The notes: generated from the sequence alone by a model not told the origin. Shown: positions 37,822 through 48,022, counted from the first letter of the stretch. The stretch is 64,000 nucleotides of DNA from Candidatus Gastranaerophilales bacterium (GCA_944325545.1 CALVAM010000011.1:2023-66022); one strand, 5' to 3'. Made by a program: numbers and translations.

Positions 37822-38691
37822 CTAATATTCGTTTCTGACTCTCGCAAATTTTGTATTTGCGTAAAAATATTTTAAAATCTGATAAGCGTTATAACCTCTT
37901 TTTGCAAGGTTGTTAGCTCCATATTGGCTCATTCCGACTCCGTGTCCGTTCTTTTTTATACCATCGTCAAAAGAAGGAACAGATTTTAGGAATGGTAAAT
38001 CTGCAGACCATACTTGCCCACCTGTTCTTGTTTTTCCTCCTGCTGAAGCTGAATAATAAGCCGGTACAATTTTACCTTGGCATACTAATACAATACCTTC
38101 TGTTTCACTAACAGCATCATTTGTATTTTGTTTTTCAGCACTCGCTCCTCCATATGCTTGGTCTTCAGGAGTGTCTTTTAAATCGTAACCATATTTAGCT
38201 CGTTTTCCTCTATTTGCTATAGCGTAGCTTCTTGCTGCAATTGCTTGTGCTTTATGAGCTTCGTGTTCCCAACTTGATGGCATTTCTGATGGAACCACGC
38301 CTCTAAGATATTTTTCTATAGGAATATCATTTATGACAGTTAGTCCAAGACCGTCATTAATAACTTTGAAATGCCCTCGATACCATTTTCTTTTTACACT
38401 TACAAAACCGTTTTCTTCCGGTTTTATTATAATTTTTTTAGCGTTAATTTTTTTCCACTCACCATCAACTTTTATTGCTATAACTCCTCGATAGGATTTA
38501 AATTCATAGCCTTTCATTTTCTCCATAATGAATATAAGTTTATTGGTATCGCTATTTATTATTTGAGCTTGTGTTGATGCTCCTATAAATGTTTTATTTA
38601 CTTGAGTTTGAAGCCCTATTTTTATTGCAAAACAAGGCGGTATAAAATTTAACAATATGAAAATTATAAATAAAGCTTTCCTAATCCCCAT
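37822..38691 (-). CDS. SpoIID/LytB domain peptidoglycan lytic enzyme
   Basis: EKYLRGVVPSEMP, KAQAIAARSYA, DQAYGG, GHGVGMSQYGA, ILKYFY; ATG at 38691 lies 6 nt after TATAAT. Confidence 0.92.
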   Translation of the reverse strand: MGIRKALFIIFILLNFIPPCFAIKIGLQTQVNKTFIGASTQAQIINSDTNKLIFIMEKMKGYEFKSYRGVIAIKVDGEWKKINAKKIIIKPEENGFVSVKRKWYRGHFKVINDGLGLTVINDIPIEKYLRGVVPSEMPSSWEHEAHKAQAIAARSYAIANRGKRAKYGYDLKDTPEDQAYGGASAEKQNTNDAVSETEGIVLVCQGKIVPAYYSASAGGKTRTGGQVWSADLPFLKSVPSFDDGIKKNGHGVGMSQYGANNLAKRGYNAYQILKYFYANTKFARVRNEY

Positions 38692-38771
38692 ACTAAAATT
38701 ATACATCAAAGAATTATTTTGGACTTTTTTGTTGTATAATCAAGAAAAAGAATTAATTTGGAGAAATATAA

Positions 38772-40775
38772 ATGAGTAAGTATTTATTGGAAGTAGGTGT
38801 TGAAGAATTACCATATAAATTTATTCCTATGGCGATTTCTCAACTTAAAACAGGGTTTGAAAACTTTTTTAAAGATAATAATGTTAATTATAAAGATATA
38901 AGAGTAATGGCAACTCCAAGAAGATTGGCTGTTATTGTTGATGGGCTTGATGCAGTTCAACCTGATGTTGAAAAAGTTGTTAAAGGGCCAATTGCAAAAG
39001 TTGCTTTTGATGAGAATAATAATTTAACTAAAGCCGGAGAAGGTTTCGCTAATAAAAACGGTGTTGGGGTAAATGAGCTTTATGTTGAAGATAATTATGT
39101 TTTTGCAAAGATTGTTGTAAAAGGAAAAGATACAAGAGAATTATTACAAATTAATGTTCCACAGATTTTTGCAAAATTACAAGGTCCGCATTTTATGAGA
39201 TGGGGAAATAATGATGTGAAATTCTCTCGTCCTATTCGTTGGGTTTTATCTATTCTTGATGGGGAAGAAGTTAAACTTACTATTATTGATAAAGAATCTT
39301 CTAATTTAACAAATGGACATAGATTTTCTACTCAAAATATAGTAATTAATAATCCTGATGAATATGTTGAAAAATTGAAAGCTGCCTATGTTATTGTTGA
39401 CCAAGATGAGAGAAAACAAAGAATTCTTGAGCTTACTAAAATAGAGGCTGATAAATTGAATGCCGTTACAAAAATTTCTGATGATTTATTGGAAGAAGTA
39501 ACTTTCATTTGTGAATATCCTGTAGCGGTTACTTGTAATTTTGATGATGCTTATCTTACAATTCCGCAAGAAGTTGTAGTTACTGTTATGGAAACTCATC
39601 AAAGATATTTTGCCCTATATTCTAAAGACGGAAAATTGATAAACAAATTTGTAACTATTACAAACTATATTGGTAATGAATTTGAAAACATAAAAGCAGG
39701 TAATTTACGTGTAATAAAAGCTCGTCTTGATGATGCGGTATTTTTCTTCAATGAAGATACTAAAAAACCTTTGGAAGCTTATGTTGAAAACTTAAAAGGT
39801 ATGACTTTCCAAAAGGGTATGGGATCTGTTTATGATAAAACTCAAAGAATTGTTAAACTTTCAGAAAAAATTGCATCAGCTCTTGGAGTAAATAAACTTT
39901 CAATAAAAAGAGCTGCTGAATTGTGTAAAGCTGATTTAGCCACAAATTTAGTATTTGAATTTACTGAATTACAAGGGTTTATCGGAGCAGATTATGCAAG
40001 GGTTTCAGGAGAAGAAATCGGTGTTCAAGAGGGTATTAGAGAACATTATTTCCCTCTAAATGCTGATAGTGAAACCGCAAAATCAATCGAAGGTCAAGTT
40101 GTAGGTATTGCTGATAAAATTGATACTATTTCAGCGGTATTCGTTGCAGGTAAAAAACCTACCGGTTCATCCGACCCTCTTGGGGTAAGACGTGCCGCTT
40201 TGGGTATTATTAAAACTGTTTTAGAGCATAATTTGAAATTAGATTTATCTAAATTAATAGATGAAACTTTAGAATTGTTACCTATTAAAGCTGATGTAAA
40301 ATCTGATATTGAAGAGTTCTTTACTCAAAGATTAATAATTTTCTTGAATGATAAATATTCTAAAAATGTTCTTGAAGCATGTTCAGGTGATATTTGCGGA
40401 AAATCACCTTGTGTTGATTTATGTGATTATTTAGAAAGAGTAAAGGTTGTTTCAACATTGAATGATGAAAAACTTTTAGAAAATGCAAATCGTGTTTTAA
40501 GAATTTTAAAAGAAGAGGTAAAAGAAGAGGTTGATGTGGCTCTATTTAATTTACCTGCTGAAAAATATTTATATGAAGCAGTTAAGGGAATTGAATTTGC
40601 TGGAGATTATAATAAATATTTGGCAGATTTGATTTCTATTAATCCTACTGTTACAAAATTCTTTGATGAAGTTCTTGTAATGGATAAGGATGAAAAGATT
40701 AAGAATAATAGACTTGCACTATTGAACACTTTGAAAAATAAGTATATAATATTAACAGATTTCTCAAAAATGTAA
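38772..40775 (+). CDS. glyS: Glycine--tRNA ligase beta subunit
   Basis: LLEVGVEELP, TPRRLAV, MRWG, RPIRW, HQRYF, EFTELQG, GSSDPLGVRR, NNRLALL. Confidence 0.97.
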   Translation: MSKYLLEVGVEELPYKFIPMAISQLKTGFENFFKDNNVNYKDIRVMATPRRLAVIVDGLDAVQPDVEKVVKGPIAKVAFDENNNLTKAGEGFANKNGVGVNELYVEDNYVFAKIVVKGKDTRELLQINVPQIFAKLQGPHFMRWGNNDVKFSRPIRWVLSILDGEEVKLTIIDKESSNLTNGHRFSTQNIVINNPDEYVEKLKAAYVIVDQDERKQRILELTKIEADKLNAVTKISDDLLEEVTFICEYPVAVTCNFDDAYLTIPQEVVVTVMETHQRYFALYSKDGKLINKFVTITNYIGNEFENIKAGNLRVIKARLDDAVFFFNEDTKKPLEAYVENLKGMTFQKGMGSVYDKTQRIVKLSEKIASALGVNKLSIKRAAELCKADLATNLVFEFTELQGFIGADYARVSGEEIGVQEGIREHYFPLNADSETAKSIEGQVVGIADKIDTISAVFVAGKKPTGSSDPLGVRRAALGIIKTVLEHNLKLDLSKLIDETLELLPIKADVKSDIEEFFTQRLIIFLNDKYSKNVLEACSGDICGKSPCVDLCDYLERVKVVSTLNDEKLLENANRVLRILKEEVKEEVDVALFNLPAEKYLYEAVKGIEFAGDYNKYLADLISINPTVTKFFDEVLVMDKDEKIKNNRLALLNTLKNKYIILTDFSKM

Positions 40776-40870
40776 AAATTTGTAACAAATGGATAAAAAA
40801 CAGTCAATTTTTACCTTGAGGACACTTTAATATAGTACAAAGTGAAGGTAGTAAAAATAAAGAGGTCGTT

Positions 40871-41167
40871 ATGTTTAACCTAGATTTATTTAAGTCACTA
40901 AAAAGAATATTTGATCCGAAGACTAATTTATTGACTTTTTCAAGCGGACAAAGAAAAGCCAATGAAGATTATATAGCATCTCTGTCAAGTACAGAGTTGA
41001 AAATAAAGACTGACGAACAGAGGCTGGAAGCAATGGTCAGACAACAATTAAAAGAAGAATTTCCTAATATTGAGAAAAGCTCTTCTTACGACTTATTAGT
41101 GGATGCTGTTATCCACAATTACAAGTCAAAACAGCTTCAAGCCACCGATGATGCTGAAATTAGATAG
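40871..41167 (+). CDS. Hypothetical protein
   Basis: 98-aa ORF with AGAGG RBS; no motif recognised. Confidence 0.75.
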   Translation: MFNLDLFKSLKRIFDPKTNLLTFSSGQRKANEDYIASLSSTELKIKTDEQRLEAMVRQQLKEEFPNIEKSSSYDLLVDAVIHNYKSKQLQATDDAEIR

Positions 41168-41256
41168 ACATCATCAATTTATATCAAACAAAACTAGCCG
41201 GTAACGTAAGTAGCCGGTTTTTTGTTTTTCTATTTTTATTTATGTTGTAATTACAA

Positions 41257-41286
41257 TTGAAAGGCATGTAAAAGATGTGCTATAAT
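41257..41286 (+). promoter_or_regulatory. Sigma-70 promoter of the rubrerythrin gene
   Basis: TTGAAA-N18-TATAAT with TGn extended -10; palindrome TTGTAATTACAA at 41245-41256 abuts the -35. Confidence 0.6.
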
Positions 41287-41336
41287 CCAAAATGTTAAAA
41301 GGTGAAATCTTAGGATTTAAAAGAAAGGAATTAATT

Positions 41337-41879
41337 ATGGCAAAATACGTTTGTACAGTATGTGGTTATACAGCAGAAGGTGAAGCTCCTGAAAAATGCC
41401 CTGTTTGCGGTGCTGCAAAAAGTGCTTTTACTGAAATGAAAGAAGGTAACAAAAATTATGCTGATGAACATAGAATTGGCGTAGCTAAAGATGTAGATGC
41501 TGAAATTTTAGAAGGCTTACGAGCTAACTTTATGGGTGAATGTACAGAAGTTGGTATGTATATCGCTATGGCAAGACAAGCTGATAGAGAAGGGTATCCT
41601 GAAATTGCTGAAGCTTTCAAGAGATATGCTTTTGAAGAAGCTGATCACGCTTCAAGATTTGCTGAGTTATTAGGTGAAGTTGTTACTAATTCAACTAAAA
41701 AGAATCTTGAATTAAGAGCTGAAGCTGAATTCGGTGCTTGTGACGGTAAAATGATGATTGCCAGAAAAGCTAAAGAATTAGGTTTAGATGCAATTCATGA
41801 TACAGTTCACGAAATGGCTAAAGATGAAGCTCGTCACGGACGTGGCTTTGATGGACTTCTTGCCAGATACTTTGGTTAA
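41337..41879 (+). CDS. Reverse rubrerythrin (N-terminal rubredoxin plus ferritin-like domain)
   Basis: CTVCGY...CPVCG, EEADHA, DEARHG; ATG at 41337 behind AAGGA. Confidence 0.93.
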   Translation: MAKYVCTVCGYTAEGEAPEKCPVCGAAKSAFTEMKEGNKNYADEHRIGVAKDVDAEILEGLRANFMGECTEVGMYIAMARQADREGYPEIAEAFKRYAFEEADHASRFAELLGEVVTNSTKKNLELRAEAEFGACDGKMMIARKAKELGLDAIHDTVHEMAKDEARHGRGFDGLLARYFG

Positions 41880-41896
41880 TTCTCAATAGATATCTA

Positions 41897-41926
41897 AAAG
41901 AGGTTAGAAATTTTCTAACCTCTTTT
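41897..41926 (+). terminator. Intrinsic terminator after rubrerythrin
   Basis: AAAAGAGGTTAGAAA/TTTCTAACCTCTTTT inverted repeat. Confidence 0.85.
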
Positions 41927-41997
41927 ATTTATAATTCTCTTTGTTTATTTCGGAAGTACGAAATATTTTTGTCAATAATAGCATTATTATAAAATTT

Positions 41998-42261
41998 ATG
42001 CAATATAATGATGAAATAATTTTAAAAGCTATTGGAACAGTAATTTCTAAAGAAAGAAAGCGACGTAATTTGAAATTTACCATTTTTTGTTATGAAAATG
42101 ATATTTCAAAAACAACGCTTTATATGATTGAAAAGGGTAAAATAAAACCTTATGTTACAAATTTATTAAAAATAATAAATGCTTTAGGTTTAACTTTTGA
42201 AGAATTTGGAAGGCTTTTGGATAAAGAATTGCCTGATGATTATATTAATAGCGAAGAATAA
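41998..42261 (+). CDS. XRE-family helix-turn-helix regulator
   Basis: IGTVISKERKRR, ISKTTLYMIEKG...P.VTNLLKI..ALG; ATG at 41998 preferred. Confidence 0.85.
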   Translation: MQYNDEIILKAIGTVISKERKRRNLKFTIFCYENDISKTTLYMIEKGKIKPYVTNLLKIINALGLTFEEFGRLLDKELPDDYINSEE

Positions 42262-42265
42262 ATTA

Positions 42266-43885
42266 TTATTTATTATAATCAGCAAAATGTCTGTAATCTT
42301 TTAAATTATTTATTGCCATCATATCAGCAACTCTTGATGCTTTCTTTTGCTCTTTTGTTATGTATGCATTCATTAAAACAGACGGTACTATTGAAGTTCC
42401 GATTACTGTCATTATATATTTTATAAAATTATTTGCTTGTTCAAGTGTTGATTTAGCATTTCGTTTTAAGAATTTGAAACCAAGAGCAACACCAATTCCA
42501 CCGGTAATTAATCCTAGTGGATACATTAGGGATTGTCCTAATGCTTCAATATTTTCAGAATATTTTTGAGAATTTTCATCGACTTCATTGAATGCCATAA
42601 ATGTATTTCTCTGCAGTCTTTTTGCATCTTTTAATTGTTCGGGACTTAAATTTAGAGTTTCGATAGCTTTATAAAGTCTTTTTTCTTCTTTTGCAGAAGT
42701 TTTTTTGTATTTTTGATATTCTTTGTTATCTTTCCAAAGTTTTTGTAAAAATTTGAAAAATCCAGGTTTTTCTTTTTGTTCTATTTGAATATCTTTTATA
42801 TTAGCGATATTTTTATCATCAACATAAATTAATTGTTCAGGGTTCTGCATTAATTCCTGTTTTACTTTAAATCTTCCTACTCTTGATGCTTCTTTTTGGA
42901 TTTGCGTTGCAAAGATTGAGCTACCTATCATTGTTATAAATCCTAGTATATTAGCTATTGCATTTCCGGATTTAATCTTTAACTTGTCACTTATTTTTGC
43001 AGAAATTATTGAGAATAAACCGCTAAAAGCAGTTGCTCCAATTAATACTCCTTGAGTTGCAAGTTCAGCATTTTCTGCATAATCTTGAGAGGCAATATCA
43101 ATTTTTTCAATCAAATTTGTTAATAATTGTTGATCTTTTTTTGCATTTTCGATATCTTTTGGCGATAGTTCTTCGTTTAAATGTTGTTTATGTTCTTCTA
43201 ATTCATATTCAAAAAGTTTTCTTTGTTGCTGATATTCTTTACTTCCAATTGTCATTTCTTTTACAGTAGAAAAGCTTTCTTTTAAATTTTTCATTAAAGG
43301 TTTTTTCTCTTCTTCTAAAGCCATTTTTTCAGCTCTGCGTTTTGCTTCTTGGATTTGTTCAGGGGTAAGCATTGCAAATCCGTTTGGATTTTTTAAATCC
43401 TTTCTCATTGCTTCATAGCGACCTTTTTTGGATGCTGATACTTGTGCTTTCGCAGCCCATGCCTCTAGTGGAAATACTGCAACTGTTCCTATGATACCTC
43501 CAATTACTGAAGGAATTGCTGCGGTCATTATTTCTTTATTTTTATTATTCTTAAAAATTCTTGTTAAAAATTTATTTACAGCCTTAATGCGTGATACTCC
43601 AAAACCAAGTGCAGCTCCGCCCAGTAATGCTAATTCTAAAACCTCTCCTGTGACAACTTCTGTTGCCATTTCCATATCTTCTGCTCTTTTTTGTGAATAT
43701 TCATCCATTATATCTATTGCTCTTAATAGAGTCTTACTTCTTTGGATGTCTTCACTATTTATTGCTTTTGGATTTTCTTTTAGATATTTTATACGTTTAG
43801 CTTCTGTTTTGTCACGGTTTTCTTTCCAGTTATTGTATTCTGGAATAAGTGCTCTATAATTTTTGTAATCACCAAACATTGACAT
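42266..43885 (-). CDS. Hypothetical membrane protein with a three-fold internal repeat
   Basis: Three units, each with a D..SQ..AE helix, two Gly-rich hydrophobic segments and S(K/R)xG/A motif. Confidence 0.8.
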   Translation of the reverse strand: MSMFGDYKNYRALIPEYNNWKENRDKTEAKRIKYLKENPKAINSEDIQRSKTLLRAIDIMDEYSQKRAEDMEMATEVVTGEVLELALLGGAALGFGVSRIKAVNKFLTRIFKNNKNKEIMTAAIPSVIGGIIGTVAVFPLEAWAAKAQVSASKKGRYEAMRKDLKNPNGFAMLTPEQIQEAKRRAEKMALEEEKKPLMKNLKESFSTVKEMTIGSKEYQQQRKLFEYELEEHKQHLNEELSPKDIENAKKDQQLLTNLIEKIDIASQDYAENAELATQGVLIGATAFSGLFSIISAKISDKLKIKSGNAIANILGFITMIGSSIFATQIQKEASRVGRFKVKQELMQNPEQLIYVDDKNIANIKDIQIEQKEKPGFFKFLQKLWKDNKEYQKYKKTSAKEEKRLYKAIETLNLSPEQLKDAKRLQRNTFMAFNEVDENSQKYSENIEALGQSLMYPLGLITGGIGVALGFKFLKRNAKSTLEQANNFIKYIMTVIGTSIVPSVLMNAYITKEQKKASRVADMMAINNLKDYRHFADYNK

Positions 43886-43946
43886 TTTAAAAGACCTTTT
43901 TTTGTTATAAAAACTATAAAAATATTTTTTGCTAGTTTAAATAATA

Positions 43947-44837
43947 TTAATCTTTATTTATTATTTCTTGTAGTTGTTGTAAAAAAAGTTTAGCACATTT
44001 TGAGAGTGGTTGATTTTGTTTCCAAGCGATTAAAATTCCTGCATTTAAACTTGGTTTTAATGGTTTAAAGCATAATTTACTTTCTTCTGTTAAATTTATT
44101 AACTTATCGATACAAAGAGCATTTCCGAAACCCTCTTCTACCATAATGGATGCATTGTATAATAAATTATATGTTCCAACTATATTCAAGTTTTCAAAAT
44201 TATATCCTAACCAGCCTGAGATAAGATTTTTTACTAAAAATTGTCTTGAAGATAATATTGGAATATCAATTAAATCATTGGGTTCGATAAATTCTTTTTT
44301 AGCTAAAGGTGAATCTTTTCTGATTAAAAGTCCCCAATTATCTTTTTGTTCTAATTGTATGAATTCATATTCTTTTTTATCTACAGGTTCTATAAATAAA
44401 CCAAAATCAAGTAAACCTTTGTTTAATTTTTCTTTTACATCTTCTCCGTTACCACTATAAAAATGGTATTTTATATTAGGGAATTTTACTGACAGATTTT
44501 TTATCGCTCTGGCAACAACTCGCATAGCGTCTGTTTCTCCACCGCCAAAGTATAAATCTCCCGTGATGTTTTTATCATTAAAAAGAAATTCGGCTTCTGT
44601 TTTATTTGTGAGTTCTATAATTTCTGTTGCTCTGGCTTTTAGTAATTTCCCATCATCGGTTAATATTATTTTTTTATTTCGTTTTCCTCTTTCAAATAAT
44701 GTTGTTTTTAATTCTTTTTCTAATTCCATTAGTTGTCTTGAAAGTGTTGGCTGAGTTATATGTAAGCTCTCTGCTGCTTTTGAGATGCTTTCTTCTTGTG
44801 CTACTTTTAAAAAGTATTTTAATAATCTTATTTCCAT
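43947..44837 (-). CDS. LysR-family transcriptional regulator
   Basis: LKYFLKVAQEESISKAAESLHITQPTLSRQL HTH; substrate-binding domain. Confidence 0.96.
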   Translation of the reverse strand: MEIRLLKYFLKVAQEESISKAAESLHITQPTLSRQLMELEKELKTTLFERGKRNKKIILTDDGKLLKARATEIIELTNKTEAEFLFNDKNITGDLYFGGGETDAMRVVARAIKNLSVKFPNIKYHFYSGNGEDVKEKLNKGLLDFGLFIEPVDKKEYEFIQLEQKDNWGLLIRKDSPLAKKEFIEPNDLIDIPILSSRQFLVKNLISGWLGYNFENLNIVGTYNLLYNASIMVEEGFGNALCIDKLINLTEESKLCFKPLKPSLNAGILIAWKQNQPLSKCAKLFLQQLQEIINKD

Positions 44838-44861
44838 AAAAAAATTTTATTTTATTTTTAT

Positions 44862-44899
44862 ATACCTGTCAAGCATAAAAATTTATACTATATAGGTAT
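44862..44899. promoter_or_regulatory. Two LysR-type T-N11-A boxes in the divergent promoter
   Basis: ATAC-N7-GCAT at 44862-44876 and perfect ATAC-N7-GTAT at 44885-44899. Confidence 0.7.
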
Positions 44900-44959
44900 T
44901 TGTAATTTTAATAAAGGTAGTAAATAATGAATATTATAAAAATTTAATGAAGGTAGTTT

Positions 44960-45529
44960 ATGAATTTAGAAGAATTTTTAGAATATTTAAATAGTGGTAA
45001 AGAAGTTGTTGCAAATTCAGAAGTTCATAAGTATATGACAGAATTGGCAGATGAAGCAATGATGCTGTCGCAAGAGTTAAATAATAAATATAATCCTCCG
45101 AATAAGGTTAATGAATTATTTTTTAAATTAATAAATAAACCTGTGGATGAAACATTTAGGCTTTTTCCACCTTTTTATACTGATTGTGGAAAAAATATTA
45201 CTTTAGGAAAAAATGTTTTTATAAATTCTTGTTGTCATTTTCAGGATCAAGGCGGAATTATTATTGGTGACAATGTTTTGATTGGTCATAATGTAGTTAT
45301 TGCAACATTAAATCACAATCAAAATCCTCAAAAAAGAGCTTCGATTTTGCCAAAACCTGTAAAAATTGGGAATAATGTTTGGATAGGCTCAAATGCTACA
45401 ATTTTACCGGGAGTTACGATTTCTGATGGTGCAATAATTGCGGCGGGGGCTGTTGTTACAAAAGATGTTAGCGAAAACTCTATAGTAGGTGGTAATCCTG
45501 CTAAATTGATAAAAGAAATTGAGGTGTAA
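44960..45529 (+). CDS. Maltose/galactoside O-acetyltransferase family (hexapeptide repeat)
   Basis: [38 protein letters not shown]. Confidence 0.93.
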   Translation: MNLEEFLEYLNSGKEVVANSEVHKYMTELADEAMMLSQELNNKYNPPNKVNELFFKLINKPVDETFRLFPPFYTDCGKNITLGKNVFINSCCHFQDQGGIIIGDNVLIGHNVVIATLNHNQNPQKRASILPKPVKIGNNVWIGSNATILPGVTISDGAIIAAGAVVTKDVSENSIVGGNPAKLIKEIEV

Positions 45530-45532
45530 GTT

Positions 45533-46474
45533 ATGTTGTATGATACTCATTATAAAGAAGGTAAAAAAGTTTGGTTCAAGAAGTTTGATTTAAAAATAGC
45601 AGGATTAATATTTCTCCCAAAAGATTTTGATGAAAATAAAAAATACCCTTCTATTGTTATTACACATCCTGGAGGAGGAGTGAAAGAACAATGTTCATCT
45701 CTCTATGCTTGGAATTTAGCACAAAACGGATATATTACTTTAGCTTTTGATGCTTCGCATCAAGGTGAGAGTGAAGGATTCCCAAGGTATTTAGAAGATC
45801 CGACTTCAAGAGTTGAGGATATAAGAAGTGCTGTTGATTATTTAGTATCACTTTCGTATGTTGATGAAAATAAAATAGGTGCGATGGGTATTTGTGCCGG
45901 TGGTGGTTATACCATGAATGCTATTCAAACTGAAGCTAGAATTAAAGCAGCGGCAGGAATTAGTACTTGGGATGTCGGAGATAGTGCAAAAAATGGTTTC
46001 CCTGGAGTGAATGTTGAAAATTTTATGCAAAAGTTATTAAATGAAGTCGCTGATGCAAGGACATTCGAAGCTAGAGGGGGAGAGGCTAAATTTTGGAATT
46101 ATGTTCCGGAATCTGAAGCTCAAATAGATGAAAATACTTCTCAAATACAGAAAGAAGCTTATGAATATTATCGTACCGAAAGGTGTTTTTATCCTACATC
46201 TGTAAATAAATATTTGGTATCAAGTAATGATAAACTCGCTGCGTGGGATGCTTTTGCTCATATTGATACTGTTTCTCCAAGACCTCTGCTTTTCATTGTG
46301 GGCAGCAATGCTGATACCTTATATTTTACAGAAGATGCTTATAGTAAAGCTAATCAGCCTAAGGAAATTTTTACAATTGAAGGAGCTTCTCATGTTGATT
46401 TGTATGATAAGCCTGAGTTTGTAAATCAAGTTGTAAAAAAATTAGTTGAATTTTTTAATGAATATGTAAAATAA
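45533..46474 (+). CDS. Alpha/beta hydrolase (YcjY/COG1073-like)
   Basis: HPGGGVKEQ, FDASHQGESEG, nucleophile loop GICAGGGY (Cys), GASHVDLYD. Confidence 0.9.
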   Translation: MLYDTHYKEGKKVWFKKFDLKIAGLIFLPKDFDENKKYPSIVITHPGGGVKEQCSSLYAWNLAQNGYITLAFDASHQGESEGFPRYLEDPTSRVEDIRSAVDYLVSLSYVDENKIGAMGICAGGGYTMNAIQTEARIKAAAGISTWDVGDSAKNGFPGVNVENFMQKLLNEVADARTFEARGGEAKFWNYVPESEAQIDENTSQIQKEAYEYYRTERCFYPTSVNKYLVSSNDKLAAWDAFAHIDTVSPRPLLFIVGSNADTLYFTEDAYSKANQPKEIFTIEGASHVDLYDKPEFVNQVVKKLVEFFNEYVK

Positions 46475-46498
46475 ATTTTAATATATTTTAAATTTTTA

Positions 46499-46527
46499 TT
46501 GATAAAAATAAATTAACATTCTATAAT
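46499..46527 (+). promoter_or_regulatory. Sigma-70 promoter of glgA
   Basis: TTGATA-N17-TATAAT. Confidence 0.7.
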
Positions 46528-46576
46528 CGTTTATCACAAATTAAAGTTGAATGTTAAATAAGAGGAGTTTTTATCT

Positions 46577-48022
46577 ATGAAGATTTTGTTTGCAGCTGCA
46601 GAAGTTTCTCCGTTTTCTAAAGCAGGTGGATTATCTGATGTTGTAGGAAGTTTGCCTAAAGCTTTGGAAAAAGATGCTGAAATTGCGATTTTTACTCCTC
46701 TTCACGGATGTATTGATTATAAAAAATGGGGTTTAAAAGAATTAGAAAATTCAGAAATGTGGATTACCTTCGGAAGTTCTCCGCAAAAATTTAAGCTTCA
46801 TATGACAAAACTTCCTAATACAAATATTAATGTATTTTTTGTCCAAAATGATTGGTATTTTTCTTGTTTTCAGGAAGTCTATCCGCGTTGGCTTGATCCA
46901 AGATATGAACATGAAAGATATATTGCTTTTTCCCTTGCAACTTTAGAATATGCTAAACAATTAAATTTTAGAGCGGATATTATTCATTCTAATGATTGGC
47001 ATACTGCGATGATTCCTCTTTATATAAAAGCAAATTATAAGTTTGATGAATTTTGGTCTAAAACTAAAAATGTTTTTGAAATCCATAATCTTGCTTATCA
47101 AGGGGTTTGGTTTGAAGATATTTTAGATTTTGCAAATATGAGAAAAGATATCGTATTTAATGAATGGGGTTGTGAACATTATGGAAAAGTTAATTGGATG
47201 AAAGGGGCTATTAATTATTCCGATAAAATCGTTGCAGTATCTCCAAATTATGCTAAAGAAATTCTTACAGGAGAATATGGTGAAGGTATGGATTATACCT
47301 TAAGAGGGAAAACTGATAGACTTATGGGTATTGTTAACGGTATCGATTATGATGTGTTTAATCCAAAAACAGATAAAACTCTGACTAAAAATTATGATGT
47401 TAACTCTTTAAAAAATAAAGAAGAAAATAAAAAGAAAATTCTTGAATATTTTGGACTAAAATATAATCCAGAAAGGCCTTTAATTGCTTTGATTTCAAGA
47501 CTTGTAGAACAAAAAGGTTTGGATTTAATTAGGCAAGTAGAAAATGATTTAAAGAATTTGGAAGCTGATTTTATTTTCTTAGGTTCCGGAGATAAGGCTT
47601 ATGAAAATTTATTTATTTGGCTTTCTAATAATTCTTCAAATATCAGAACTTATGTTGGTTATAGAGGTGATTTAGCTAATCAAATTTATGCAGGAAGTGA
47701 CTTTTTTCTAATGCCTTCTCGCTTTGAGCCTTGCGGATTATCTCAACTTATTGCAATGAGATTCGGCTCTTTACCAATTGTTAGAGCAACTGGCGGACTG
47801 GAAGATACTGTTACAGGATATCCATTAAACAATTCTAACGGGTTTAAATTCTGGAGATATGACGGTTGGGATATGAAAGAGGCTATTCTTACCGCTATGA
47901 ATGTTTATAAGGATAAGTATACTTTTAATGCGATGAGAAAATCTGCTATGGAAGCCGATTTTAGTTGGAAAGAGAGTGCTAAAAAGTATTTGGAAATGTA
48001 TAAATCTCTTATGCTAAAATAA
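46577..48022 (+). CDS. glgA: Glycogen synthase
   Basis: KAGGLSDV, HSNDWHT, HNLAYQG, SRLVEQKG, PSRFEPCGLSQL, TGGL.DTV, DFSW. Confidence 0.97.
   Translation: MKILFAAAEVSPFSKAGGLSDVVGSLPKALEKDAEIAIFTPLHGCIDYKKWGLKELENSEMWITFGSSPQKFKLHMTKLPNTNINVFFVQNDWYFSCFQEVYPRWLDPRYEHERYIAFSLATLEYAKQLNFRADIIHSNDWHTAMIPLYIKANYKFDEFWSKTKNVFEIHNLAYQGVWFEDILDFANMRKDIVFNEWGCEHYGKVNWMKGAINYSDKIVAVSPNYAKEILTGEYGEGMDYTLRGKTDRLMGIVNGIDYDVFNPKTDKTLTKNYDVNSLKNKEENKKKILEYFGLKYNPERPLIALISRLVEQKGLDLIRQVENDLKNLEADFIFLGSGDKAYENLFIWLSNNSSNIRTYVGYRGDLANQIYAGSDFFLMPSRFEPCGLSQLIAMRFGSLPIVRATGGLEDTVTGYPLNNSNGFKFWRYDGWDMKEAILTAMNVYKDKYTFNAMRKSAMEADFSWKESAKKYLEMYKSLMLK

Noticed and set aside
37822-38691. SpoIID as a sign of sporulation
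   Set aside because: SpoIID/LytB homologues are widespread in non-sporulating bacteria, including cyanobacteria
38772-40775. glyS without adjacent glyQ
   Set aside because: Split glyQ/glyS loci are common; glyQ may lie outside the window
41194-41223. TAGCCGGT direct repeat after the 40871 gene as an ncRNA or operator
   Set aside because: Only a weak hairpin plus U-tract; most simply a poor terminator
43428-43859. 143-aa plus-strand ORF, and other antisense ORFs in the track (e.g. 2751, 4829, 11045, 15781, 22633, 28681, 44146, 59797)
   Set aside because: Shadow frames of well-supported opposite-strand genes; no RBS or motifs
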